Positions 21,192 through 31,900 of a DNA stretch of 64,000 nucleotides are shown here, piece after piece. The notes under the pieces were generated by a model, which had not been told where the DNA came from, ran no database searches, and saw nothing but the letters and a program-made list of their open reading frames with translations. Each line of letters opens with the position of its first letter. The first letter of the stretch is position 1. Source of the stretch: a virus; the IMG/VR virus record IMGVR_UViG_3300032268_001383, positions 34,742 to 98,741 of that record; one strand, 5' to 3'. The position numbers and the translations under genes were made by a program.

Positions 21192-22105
21192 TTACTAATG
21201 AATTTTTTAAATTTATCTAAAAACTCAATAAAATCTTTATCAAATAAATTTATACTTATTCCAATATCTTTTAATGAGTTGATATAGTCAGAGAAATATT
21301 TTTTATCATATATCGTAGATTGTTCCAGAGTTTCAATTCCTATATTTGGGTACATTTTTTCATATCCTATATAAGTTTTGTAGTCATTCTTCTCAACGTA
21401 TTGTTTCAATTTATCCAAATTCCTATCAATTATACCAACATATTTTTCGTAATCAACATCTTCTAAATTATCAAATGAATATTCATAAAATAATTTTTCT
21501 AAAGTTTCAAAAGTTGTATTCCAATCATATATACTTTTGGCAAAATCATCTCCCTGAAATTTAGTTTTTACATATGGAAGTATTTCACTCTTTTTAAATT
21601 CAGTTCTCTCAACCCATTCAGGGTATTTCTTTTTTAATTCATCAATTAGTTTGGAAATCCTTTCCACAATCCTATCTTCAAAAATTATAGTCTTATCATT
21701 ATAAAGCCCTTTCCCTTCGTCATAAATCTCCTTGAAATCACTTCCTTTATTTATGTGCAATTGAACAGCGCCATACTCATTAGTTGAATCGAGATAATGG
21801 TGATCAACATAAAATAAAGAAGTAATATTTTTTCTATTTTGTGGGGTATTATCAACATCATAAAATTCAATGATTGAATCAATAATTGAATTTGTAACAA
21901 CATCTATAATAATGCTGGACTTATTTATTCGAGCTGCGTCAAATTGAATTTGCTTCTCATTCTTACCAATTACTGTACGTCCCCTTTTATGACCCGTAAT
22001 TTTGGTTAATGCATCAATTAAATTATTTGAAATGAAAGTATTGACATCGTAACTATCCAACGATTTTAATTCATTTAATTGTCTAAAAGTCTTTAAACGT
22101 TTAAT
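21188..22105 (-). CDS. hypothetical protein; frame extends to an ATT at 22105 giving leader IKRLKTFRQLNE
   Basis: ORF track starts at TTG 22060, but the frame is open 15 codons further, to the position equivalent to the ATG of the neighbouring gene within the direct repeat. Confidence 0.65.
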   Translation of the reverse strand: MKRLKTFRQLNELKSLDSYDVNTFISNNLIDALTKITGHKRGRTVIGKNEKQIQFDAARINKSSIIIDVVTNSIIDSIIEFYDVDNTPQNRKNITSLFYVDHHYLDSTNEYGAVQLHINKGSDFKEIYDEGKGLYNDKTIIFEDRIVERISKLIDELKKKYPEWVERTEFKKSEILPYVKTKFQGDDFAKSIYDWNTTFETLEKLFYEYSFDNLEDVDYEKYVGIIDRNLDKLKQYVEKNDYKTYIGYEKMYPNIGIETLEQSTIYDKKYFSDYINSLKDIGISINLFDKDFIEFLDKFKKFISK

Positions 22106-22131
22106 TTTGTATTACTTAAATTCTGTTTTAT
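22084..22131. repeat. 48-bp direct repeat, copy 2 (covers the end of the M16 peptidase gene and the start of the next gene)
   Basis: taaaagtctttaaacgtttaattttgtattacttaaattctgttttat; 940 bp from copy 1. Confidence 0.9.
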
Positions 22132-23221
22132 CATTTGATAAATAAAAATCATCGAAGTTAAAATATTTTTCATAGACTTCTCTAATTTTGTTTATGTTAA
22201 CTTTTTCAACAATATCTTTAACAGACCAACCTTTCGGTAAAATCCAATGATTTACATTACTAAATCGATTAATCCTATCCTTTTTTAACTTAATCAAATA
22301 AGATTCTTTAATTGTTTCCAACCTTCCTTTAGTGATATATTTATCAGGGTTAGTAATTACTGTTCTTACAGCATCATAAACACTTTCAACATTCTTAGAA
22401 GATGTCTGTGTTGTTATCGATGTCACACCTTGTTGATTCATTCTTGATTGAAAACATCTAATATAGTATACTAATCCTCTTTTTTCTCTTACTTCTGTAT
22501 AAAGTGGTGAAGATAAACCAGATGATAACATACTATTTATGAAAGTGATATAAGCGAAGTCCGATTCTGCTACCGGAGAAACCATAATTAAGGAAGATTT
22601 ATCACCAAAATCATTCATCTTTTCTATAGTCGCCTCTGGATAAGGTCCAAATTTTACTTTTTTGTTTATCTTAGGTTGAAAGAAATCAATATCATCTCTA
22701 TCAAATTTTGTTTTAGCGGAAACATTGATAATTTTTGTTGGGTTTTGAAATTGTAATTCGAAGAAATTTAGACAATCCATAAATTTAAGATTTTCTAAAT
22801 CTTCTCTCCTTCCAATTGGATCATAGTCTAAAAACAACTTTCTGCCTAAATTCAAAGCATGCGATTCTGTTTGTTCCCCAAAATAATCTGTGTATTCTTG
22901 AAGAACAATATTTCTTTCTTTTTCGAAGTCCTCTTTAGTAATATTAAATTGTGACATCAAGTCAAAAATTTCATATTTACGTGCGTTTATGTTCTCTTCT
23001 AAGCCAGTAAAATAAAAAACTATATTATTACTATCGGTATAGGCATTCCAGTCAATAGATTCTCTTTCTAAATCTTCTCTTAGATGTTCGAAATTTTTGC
23101 ACATTAAATGTTCTCCTAAATGTGCCAACCCTTTCCAACCTTCTTTTTCTAAATTAGTAGAACCTTCGTAAACGATATAGAATCCAGATAAATCTGTTTG
23201 ACTTTTGAGATTAATAATCAT
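22112..23221 (-). CDS. M16-family (insulinase-like) zinc peptidase
   Basis: GLAHLGEH inverted zincin HxxEH, NAYT, ERNIVLQE, SSPLYTEVREKRGLVY. Confidence 0.92.
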   Translation of the reverse strand: MIINLKSQTDLSGFYIVYEGSTNLEKEGWKGLAHLGEHLMCKNFEHLREDLERESIDWNAYTDSNNIVFYFTGLEENINARKYEIFDLMSQFNITKEDFEKERNIVLQEYTDYFGEQTESHALNLGRKLFLDYDPIGRREDLENLKFMDCLNFFELQFQNPTKIINVSAKTKFDRDDIDFFQPKINKKVKFGPYPEATIEKMNDFGDKSSLIMVSPVAESDFAYITFINSMLSSGLSSPLYTEVREKRGLVYYIRCFQSRMNQQGVTSITTQTSSKNVESVYDAVRTVITNPDKYITKGRLETIKESYLIKLKKDRINRFSNVNHWILPKGWSVKDIVEKVNINKIREVYEKYFNFDDFYLSNDKTEFK

Positions 23222-23375
23222 TTTCTTCTAAATATTTTTTTATTATATAATCAACCAATCTTGATTTCTTATAAAAATTTTTTTCAATAGTAATTTTTTC
23301 TAATTTACTATTCGAATCATTATCTATACTTATAGATATTTTAACTTTCTTTTTATTGTGAGGTATTTTAGCCAT
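23211..23375 (-). CDS. small ribbon-helix-helix-like DNA-binding protein
   Basis: KKVKISISID...KKSRLVDYII strand-helix-helix pattern; ATG 23375 lies just downstream of a TTAATATATA motif (23384-23393). Confidence 0.6.
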   Translation of the reverse strand: MAKIPHNKKKVKISISIDNDSNSKLEKITIEKNFYKKSRLVDYIIKKYLEENDY

Positions 23376-23486
23376 ATTCAAATTATATATTAAAATCAAT
23401 AACTGTAATATTAATGTATGAAAAAAAGTTTTAAAAAGGTAAGAAAAAAGTAAGAAGAAAACAAGTGTTATTTAATATATAGTACT

Positions 23487-24455
23487 ATGATAGTTACAGA
23501 AAAAGTATTAATAGAAGTTAATAATAAAAATATCCATATTTTTAGGAAAAAATTAGGTTGTGATATAGAAATAGGATTGAACGAAATCTCTGTTAGAGAT
23601 TTATCTAAGGGTAGTCATTTCAAAGTAGAAGTGAAGTGTGATTCTTGTGAAAGTATTAATAATATAGAATGGAGAGCCTATTTGAAATTCACAAAAGATG
23701 AAACTGATATTTATTGTTGTAAAAAGTGTAACAATGTTAAAGTCCGTAAGACAAATTTGGAAAGATACGGTGTTGTCTGTAACTCTCAATTAGAAAGTAA
23801 TAAAAAAAAGGTAAAAGAAAAGTCACATTCATCAAATATAAAAAGAATAGACACGCTTGAGAAGAAATATGGTGAATTTTATTTTGATGTTATATCTGAA
23901 AAAAGGAAAAAAACTATGTTCAATAAGTATGGTGTACAAAGCTCATTTCAAATTGAGGAAACAAAGGAAAAAAGGAAAAAATCACTAAAGGAAAAATATG
24001 GATCAGAAACATTCAATAATCCAGACAAAACAAAAAATACAAGAATATGTAATGGAACTCAAATAAATGATGACTTGATAAACGATTTCATAGACTATAA
24101 AAAAATTGCTGTCAATAGAACAAATACTATTTATAACAACAATAAAGATATAATTAATCCATTAAAATACAAACGTTCTCAAAATGATTATCATATAGAT
24201 CATAAATTTTCATTAAAGCAAGGATTTTTGAATAATATACCAATAGAAATAATAACACATCCTTTAAATCTACAAATGATATATTGTAAAGAAAACTTAT
24301 CAAAACAAGATTCTTGTTGTATATCTCTTGAGGATTTGTTGATTTTAATCTTTGAAAACGACATCGAAGTAAAAATAAATCATACTTACATAAAAGAAAA
24401 ATACTCTAATATCAAAGCAACCGTTGAGAACATACTCAAAGGTATCAAAAAGTAA
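23487..24455 (+). CDS. free-standing putative HNH homing endonuclease
   Basis: N-terminal CxxC zinc modules, (N)LERYGV/KYG repeats, YHIDHKFS...NLQMIYCKENLSK HNH core; opposite strand to its neighbours. Confidence 0.75.
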   Translation: MIVTEKVLIEVNNKNIHIFRKKLGCDIEIGLNEISVRDLSKGSHFKVEVKCDSCESINNIEWRAYLKFTKDETDIYCCKKCNNVKVRKTNLERYGVVCNSQLESNKKKVKEKSHSSNIKRIDTLEKKYGEFYFDVISEKRKKTMFNKYGVQSSFQIEETKEKRKKSLKEKYGSETFNNPDKTKNTRICNGTQINDDLINDFIDYKKIAVNRTNTIYNNNKDIINPLKYKRSQNDYHIDHKFSLKQGFLNNIPIEIITHPLNLQMIYCKENLSKQDSCCISLEDLLILIFENDIEVKINHTYIKEKYSNIKATVENILKGIKK

Positions 24456-24514
24456 CCACTAAATGCATTTTTTCAAGAATGAAATCTATGTAATTAGATA
24501 AATATTTCATTTCT

Positions 24515-25309
24515 TTATTTTTTATATGTTGAATACCACTGATTCAATAATTCTAACGCTTCTTCTCTTGTTGAAACACTATTAACAATTTTTCCAAATT
24601 CAGATTTATAAAAATTTGGTATATCGGCACCACTCAAACCTAAATCAGAAAAATCGTCTTTTGTAATTAATTGTTCTTTTTTATATGATTTTGCGGCTTT
24701 TACTTCTTCTGGTTTTCTTGTAACATTTACTGGGTCAGTAGTCCATGCAAATAGCGGATATTTTCCCCAATATGGGCTTTTTAATAAATCTGAGACAGTT
24801 CCGAATCCTATGAATTGTGCTTCTAATAATGTATCTATTTTGTTTTGACACAATTCAGTTAATTCGGATTTATCTTTACCCAAATCTGATTCTTGCAAAA
24901 AATTTCGATCTATTCTATTGAGTTCTTGACTAATTATAGGATTTTTTCTTATGGCTCCAGTTAGAGTATATCCATAATTGTAATACCACTCATTGATTGT
25001 AACGAAAAATGTCCATCCAATAACTGAGTTCTCATCTAGTTTTACTACATAAACATGTTTACCATATACTGATTTCAAGTCCGGTGAGAAAGCCTTTTCA
25101 TCCATAAAATGAACACACCTCAATCTGTCAGGAAAACCAGCATTTATTAAAGAATCATTCCAAATATTCTGACCAGTCAATATTCTATCTTTACTTCTTG
25201 ACCATTCTATTTCGGTATTGTCACCAATGATATCTTCATGACTGAATCTATAAAATTGAGGAGATTCAAGATAAGCTTCAAATAATTTAAATGTTTTAAT
25301 TCTTTTCAT
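24515..25309 (-). CDS. hypothetical protein with capsid-targeting-like leader
   Basis: MKRIKTFKLFE. Confidence 0.7.
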   Translation of the reverse strand: MKRIKTFKLFEAYLESPQFYRFSHEDIIGDNTEIEWSRSKDRILTGQNIWNDSLINAGFPDRLRCVHFMDEKAFSPDLKSVYGKHVYVVKLDENSVIGWTFFVTINEWYYNYGYTLTGAIRKNPIISQELNRIDRNFLQESDLGKDKSELTELCQNKIDTLLEAQFIGFGTVSDLLKSPYWGKYPLFAWTTDPVNVTRKPEEVKAAKSYKKEQLITKDDFSDLGLSGADIPNFYKSEFGKIVNSVSTREEALELLNQWYSTYKK

Positions 25310-25310
25310 T

Positions 25311-25955
25311 TTAGTATTTGTTTAATATATTATTGTCCGATTGGACATATTCACCTAATTCATTTCTTTGTAAAATATTGCCTATTTCATCAAATTTATA
25401 AAATTTATAAGCATCTTCTTGTCTTTCTACTAAGTAATAGTTATTTGGGTTGAGATTAAGGTATTCTTTAAGATTTGTTTTTTGTTTTTCGTAAGAATGT
25501 CTTAGATAATCCGTTGGTACATTTCTATCTCTTTGGATATTACCTATCTGAGCCATTTCCAAGCTACCTATCAAGTGAATAAAAATTATATCGAATCCAT
25601 TCTGAATAGACTTATTGTAAATATTTTTAATATTTTCGAGTTGAGTTCCGGTTGTATCATAGATAAATGATGTTCCATTGTCGATAAAATAAAATAATCT
25701 ATCTAAATTTAATTTAGAAGCTGTAGAATGATATGATTTTGGATCTTTAGTGAATTTTAAAGAGACATCGTCAGTAGAGAATGTTTTTATATTCGGATTT
25801 CTTGGTTGGATAAATTTAGAAATGAAAGTCGATTTACCAATTCCAGGTGTGCCGAGTAAAATCACACCTAATCTATTAGAACGTGTTAATTTTGGAATTG
25901 GATCGTTCTTTGAATGTTCCTCAAGAAATTTAGTAAAGCTAAAAATATTCATCAT
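25311..25955 (-). CDS. P-loop kinase (AAA_33 / zeta-toxin / PNK-like)
   Basis: GTPGIGKST, STDD, IYDTTG, lid NIQRDR. Confidence 0.8.
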   Translation of the reverse strand: MMNIFSFTKFLEEHSKNDPIPKLTRSNRLGVILLGTPGIGKSTFISKFIQPRNPNIKTFSTDDVSLKFTKDPKSYHSTASKLNLDRLFYFIDNGTSFIYDTTGTQLENIKNIYNKSIQNGFDIIFIHLIGSLEMAQIGNIQRDRNVPTDYLRHSYEKQKTNLKEYLNLNPNNYYLVERQEDAYKFYKFDEIGNILQRNELGEYVQSDNNILNKY

Positions 25956-26758
25956 TATTTTAGTGTAATTTTCAATAAGTCACCTGTTTTTTCTTTGGTA
26001 TAAGAACCTGGTATACAACTATCAAATATAAGTCTAATTTTTTCCTCCATAGATTCTGGAGTAAAATGATCCTCCTTTGCATCATCTTTGTTTAAAAAAA
26101 TTATCAAATTGACAGCATTTAATAGTTTTTCCATTTGAAAAATTAAAGAACTACCTTCAACTTTTAAGTATGTTTTTAACTTATTTTCTATTTTCCATTC
26201 TCTAATAATTGATGATGGTAATATTCCACTTCCAAAATTTTGTAATAGTAGAATCTCATCAGAAAGTGCCTTTGCTGCTATTTTGGGAAAATTATCTAAA
26301 GCATTATTTTGCTCTAGCCACAATTTACCATAAGGAAGTTGATGCCAACCATAGGAAAATTTTATGGTTATGTCATCTGATAAACTTGTATCGAGAGTAT
26401 ATCCAGCTAGTGGAAATTTAGAACCAGTCCATTTGTACAGAAAATAATCAAATGTTCCAAAGCTTCCATCTATAAGTTCATCTTGAATTTCTAATCTATA
26501 TTTGGAGAATAGGGAAGAGAGACTGGATTCATCCCAGCCTAAATCATACAAGTCTGATTCTATTATATCTAAATCTTTATCTGGGTCTCTTTCAGATCGT
26601 GCTAATTTGCTATAAGATTTAACCATTTCTTTTTCGTCACCGGAAAATCTTCTGTATTGTTCTATCAATTTTTTAAAATCCTCCAAGAATTTTTCAAGTG
26701 CTTTCTCTTGTTCTAATTCAACTTGTATACCTTTAATATTTAGTTTAATATTGGTCAT
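25955..26758 (-). CDS. hypothetical protein
   Basis: 267-aa ORF coupled to the kinase gene. Confidence 0.7.
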   Translation of the reverse strand: MTNIKLNIKGIQVELEQEKALEKFLEDFKKLIEQYRRFSGDEKEMVKSYSKLARSERDPDKDLDIIESDLYDLGWDESSLSSLFSKYRLEIQDELIDGSFGTFDYFLYKWTGSKFPLAGYTLDTSLSDDITIKFSYGWHQLPYGKLWLEQNNALDNFPKIAAKALSDEILLLQNFGSGILPSSIIREWKIENKLKTYLKVEGSSLIFQMEKLLNAVNLIIFLNKDDAKEDHFTPESMEEKIRLIFDSCIPGSYTKEKTGDLLKITLK

Positions 26759-26799
26759 CTTATATTTATCATTTATTCTATATATAAAAATAGATTTTA

Positions 26800-27759
26800 C
26801 TAAAATTCCCTACTAGATAAATATTGAAGAAAGTCAAAACTGTTATCTTGAAAGTTTAACATTTCTCTATTGATAGATACAGGTTCAATATCACTTAAAT
26901 CTAATTTCCTTTCAAAAATTATTTCAGCAGCATCTTTTCCACTTTTACAATGCCAAGTCTTGTTCCTAATACCACATAGATTAAAAAATTTAGACAAAAT
27001 TGCACCTGTTTTCCAACCTACCTGATCATTATCACAAAGTATATTAATCGATGATGGTTTACTTTCCAATAACCTATACAATTGAATAGAAGACCACATT
27101 GCACTCGATACAGAAACTGCGTTCAGTCCAATAGATTTGAGTGACATCATATCAAATAAACCCTCACAAATCCAAACTTCATCCATTTCTTTTTCTAAAC
27201 CCCAAACATCTATATCGGGTATAGCTAAAGAATACTTCAACTTACCAACAGAAGAGATTTTACGAATTGTACAATTTTTTAGTATACCTGATTCAAAAAG
27301 AGGGATAATTATTCCTTCTTCCGGGAAATTTGGGTCGAGAAATGTATTGAGTAGTGGATGAAGCGAGAAATTTAATTTATTAAGTATATCATGATCTTGA
27401 ATAAATGAAACCCCGCTTAACGAATATTGATTTATAATATCTTCATTGATTCCTCTCGAGTTTAGAAATTTCGATTCAGTATCCGAAAATTTACCAGTAT
27501 TCTCGAATATTTGTGTGGATAGACAGGAAATATCTGATATTTTTAGTTGGACATCTTCTGAATCTAAATTCAATTTGGATTTGTCTATTTCTATGAACCT
27601 CTCAAAGTTATTATAAATTTTCTTCACCCAATTGAGTTTTTTTTCAACTTCTAATAATATTTTGGTGTCGATATCTTTCGGTAAAAAATTCTTGACAACC
27701 CCTTTAACACTACGGTTGTTATATAAGATATATGCTAGTTCTTCATTAGTATAATTCAT
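26800..27759 (-). CDS. Toprim-domain protein, DNA primase-like
   Basis: FLNSRGI, IIIPLF, WICEGLFD, LCDNDQVG, KDAAE; no zinc finger. Confidence 0.8.
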   Translation of the reverse strand: MNYTNEELAYILYNNRSVKGVVKNFLPKDIDTKILLEVEKKLNWVKKIYNNFERFIEIDKSKLNLDSEDVQLKISDISCLSTQIFENTGKFSDTESKFLNSRGINEDIINQYSLSGVSFIQDHDILNKLNFSLHPLLNTFLDPNFPEEGIIIPLFESGILKNCTIRKISSVGKLKYSLAIPDIDVWGLEKEMDEVWICEGLFDMMSLKSIGLNAVSVSSAMWSSIQLYRLLESKPSSINILCDNDQVGWKTGAILSKFFNLCGIRNKTWHCKSGKDAAEIIFERKLDLSDIEPVSINREMLNFQDNSFDFLQYLSSREF

Positions 27760-27771
27760 AGTTTATATATA

Positions 27772-27804
27772 GAAAAAAACTGGTTAGATTTCTCTAACCA
27801 GTTT
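27772..27804 (-). terminator. intrinsic terminator after phoH
   Basis: 12-bp stem aaactggttaga/tctaaccagttt followed by a U-tract on the minus strand. Confidence 0.75.
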
Positions 27805-27808
27805 AATT

Positions 27809-28618
27809 TTAAATCCCGTTTTGAAATTTATATTTTTCATATCTGTTGACTAAATCAATCAAGAATTTATTTCTAACAATGTCTTCTGATGTAAATTTAT
27901 GATAATACACATCACCTAACAACGTTTTATACTCAGTAATATCAGCTACATCATCTTCTTTGAAATTATATTCACCAGTAATTATCGAAATAAAATCTAA
28001 AAACTTTGAATCTTTCTTTTTAATATCATATTGAGAAACATCACCCATCATCATTGCTTTTGAGTCTTTACCTAAACGAGTTGCCCACAACATTAATTGA
28101 TGCATAGTACAATTTTGAGCTTCATCCAATAACATTATTGAATGGTCGTACGTAGTTCCTCTCATGTAAGCGAGCGGTTCAACGACTATTTCTCCCGTTG
28201 ATTTTAAGAATTCGAATGTTTGTCCTCCTAAAATTTTTTTGAAATTAGAGAAATAAGATTGCATATAAGGATCTGTTTTTTCCTGGATTGTGCCGGGCAA
28301 GAAGCCTAAATTCTCCCCTGATTCTTGAATTGGTTTAGTTAAAATAATCTTTTCAATTTTTTTATCAGCTAAGAGTCCTATCGCAGCGTAACAAGCTATA
28401 AAGGTCTTTGAAGAACCTGCGGGACCTTGGCAAATTGTAAGAGTGTTATTCCTAATTCCTTTATACAGGTTAGTTTGTTTTTCGGATAGAGAAATAGTTT
28501 GTTGTACTTTTTCCCATTCGCTTTTGGTAATACCCGACTTTCTGTTAGTTCTAGTTTTGTAGTGGTCATCGGCCATTTGTTGCATTTCACCTTGTTGTTT
28601 TTGTTTTTCCTTACTCAT
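27809..28618 (-). CDS. phoH: PhoH-family ATPase
   Basis: GPAGSSKT, LGFLPG, LAYMRGTT, LLDEAQN, GDVSQYD, EDIVRN. Confidence 0.93.
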   Translation of the reverse strand: MSKEKQKQQGEMQQMADDHYKTRTNRKSGITKSEWEKVQQTISLSEKQTNLYKGIRNNTLTICQGPAGSSKTFIACYAAIGLLADKKIEKIILTKPIQESGENLGFLPGTIQEKTDPYMQSYFSNFKKILGGQTFEFLKSTGEIVVEPLAYMRGTTYDHSIMLLDEAQNCTMHQLMLWATRLGKDSKAMMMGDVSQYDIKKKDSKFLDFISIITGEYNFKEDDVADITEYKTLLGDVYYHKFTSEDIVRNKFLIDLVNRYEKYKFQNGI

Positions 28619-28727
28619 AGGCTTGGTTATTTTTTGATGGATTGAATCCGTAATCTATTTATTTTTTATTGAACTTTCTCTCAAGCTGAAAAGCTCAACT
28701 TTAATATATAATCATAAATGATTTTAT

Positions 28728-28946
28728 TTGATGAAAGATAGAGAAGAACTTTTGGTGGGTTTAATTTTCGGTGCAGATACCGAATATTCTATCAATATTT
28801 CAGATTATATAGAGGAAGTATATAAATATGATAGATTTGTAGTTGAAATAAAATCTATCCTGAAAAAATCAAAAGTTTCTATAATTAGAGAAAGTTTAGA
28901 ATTAGATAAAAACGGTCCGATTTGGACAATAAAAGTAAAAAAATAA
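28728..28946 (+). CDS. hypothetical protein
   Basis: 72-aa ORF directly after TTAATATATA (28701-28710). Confidence 0.65.
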   Translation: MMKDREELLVGLIFGADTEYSINISDYIEEVYKYDRFVVEIKSILKKSKVSIIRESLELDKNGPIWTIKVKK

Positions 28947-28947
28947 T

Positions 28948-31900
28948 ATGTTTGTAAGAAATACGGATACTGGTAAATGGTTCAATCAAATTGATACTCT
29001 ATCAAAGGATAATTATGACGATTTAAGACAAGATTTAGAAAAAGTTAGGCTTTATTCCAAATGTTTAAGTGGATCTACTTATTTACCAATTGATGGTTTT
29101 GAAAATATATACAATACTTTTGACATCCAAAAAATTGGATTTTATATTAGTGAATCTAATACGCAAGTCAGAAGACCACTCAATGGACCAGTGATTCCAC
29201 TAACAAGTAATAACTCTGATGAATTTTACACAAAGTATTTGAAAGAAAATGCTTTCACTATAAAAAATTTATTTACACCAAATAAATTAATTGACGACCA
29301 ACTAGATAATTATCTGATTGTCGATGTGTCAACCGATGAAGAAATTATAGATTTAGGACAAGTCAATACTAATTACATTATTGATGGTGTTAGACTTGTA
29401 GAGGGAAATAGAGTTTTAGTTAAAAACCAAACTAGTATTATTAATCTATCAAATAATATAGATCCTGAAGTATATTTTTCTACAACTGAAATAGTTTCTG
29501 AATATTTTTTAGATATCGACAATATTACTTCGAAAACTTATTTTTGGTATAATAATCAAAATGGAATATATCTTTACACAGAAAATAAACTTGTAAAAAC
29601 TTCAGAGCTTGATAGTTATGATGATGTCTATAGGTATTCGGTAGTTGTGAGTTCTGGTGAAATATATCGTGAGAAACAATTTCATCTAAATAGGCTTAGG
29701 AATGGTTACTTTCCAATTTCTAGTGAAGGCAATAATATGCAATTTGTTGAAAAGAAAAATTGGGTACTCAGAAACAGAGTAGATTACAATAATATTTTTG
29801 ATATAAACTATTATGATATTATTCAACACTCTACACAATCTGTCTATGTAGTAGATGAGGGTAGAACGTATAGCATTCCACCTAGAACAATTGCTGTAGG
29901 TGAATTTGGTGTTATAATTAATAATCAAGATAAACTCTCAAGTGGTGCTACTTTCAGTCAATCCCATATAATATCCAATAAATTTAAAGTAAATCTAAGA
30001 AACATAACAGAAGTTGATAATTATTATTGGTGTTGTGGTGACGAGGGTACTCTATTAAAAATATCAAAACAAAATTTTAAGATAGAAAGAATTGATTTAG
30101 GTGAAACTAATCACTTGAAATCCATATCTTTTTTCAGTAATATTTATGGTAAAGTAGTAGGTGAATATAATACTATTTGGTGGACTAAAGATGGAGGCTT
30201 AAATTGGTCTAAATTAGAAATACCTGAACTAGATATACATTCCTATAATAAGGTCATTTATTATGATTTGAATCAAACCTATGTTGCTGGTGATAGGGGT
30301 ATCTTTATAGAATTTTCTTTTGTGAACGGTGCTTGGTCTGCCTATAAAAGGAAAGTTGCTAAGCAACTGAGTCCAATAGATGAATATGTTCTATTTGATG
30401 ATATAAATGACTTGTTAAATACCAAATGGACAAAGCTAGTAGATTATAATTACAGCACATCTTCTCTCATACCGGATTTTGGTAGTAATTTGACATTTAC
30501 TAATACTGAAAATAATACGTTCGGATTATCCCCAAATTATAAGTTACAAATAGAATTTGCAAGTGATTATTTTAGCAATGCTGCCCTCTTCACATCGGAC
30601 TTTTATGTAGCTATAAAGGTTTCGGACTCATTAGGTAATATTGTTTATGTAAATTCTCCCAACTTTGGTTCACCATTTACACCACCTGGTGCCCTATACA
30701 CAACTTGGGATATGTATAATTCCACCTTCAATCCACCAATTGGTGCAACATCTGTTTTCAAACCTCAAGCTGAAATAAGTTTACCTTATCTATCAGATGG
30801 AACTTTACAAGAAACTAAATTCAAAGTAGATATAGAAATTAATTATAATTATGATGCGCAAAATGGCACTATTAGCCCATCTTATGGCTTTGCAACACAT
30901 TCTTATGTAGTTGATACCAAAAGTGCAAATCTTCTAGTTTTGGGTGGGAATGAAAATAATATTATTTGTTATGATAAAACTGGTTTAATATCAAATTCAC
31001 AAAATCAATTTATTTATTTATCAACAACTCAATCATTTTCTGATGTAAGAAGTCTTTCAAAAACTAAAAATGGTATTGATATATACGTTGTTGGTGATAA
31101 AATTTATAACTTTAGTTTAGGTGTTTTTACAAATAATGGAACTGTAAGTAACGTTTCTACCGGCACAGCCAATTTGATAAGTGATAAATTTGTAAATAAG
31201 CTTGTCTTTGATGAAAATCTACGACCATATATCGCGGGTAATAATTCATTATTACAATTTATACCACCAACCACAACAACTTTTGTGGATTTGGATCCAA
31301 CATTTAATTCCAAAATTAAGTCTAGATTATTATTTTTGGATTATGATATTGCTTCTAAATTGAACTTCTTTACGGACGATGGTGAATATAGATTACCAAA
31401 TTCGGTTTCATTTACACAAAGTCTTTTTACACAAAGCTTAGTAGTAAAAAATATTACTAGTGAAAGGAATTGGCTGAGTTATTACAAAGACGCCGAAAAA
31501 ACATTTACATACTATTCGAGTATTTCTGATCTTGATAGGGTTGAATTCTCAACAACATTTAGTAGTGTGAATAGGGATGTAATATTTAACATTAATCCAT
31601 CTGAAGTAACATCATCTCTAAACTTGATATTACCATTTGCCCCTTCTTTGGCAACGGCTACTTTCTCGAGATTTATTCAACACTCAACCCCTATTAGTTC
31701 ACCACTACCAATTGGTATAGCCTATTCCAACCTAAAATTATTTCTATATAAATATCTTTTGATTTTTAAAATTAATAGAGATGTTGAAATTGGTGAAGTA
31801 CTCAGATTGACTTCAAATGCAATAGACTGTAATCTTGTGGTAAATAGAATAGAAAGATATTTATTCAATACTAGCATCACAAATGATCCAAAGGTAAGAT

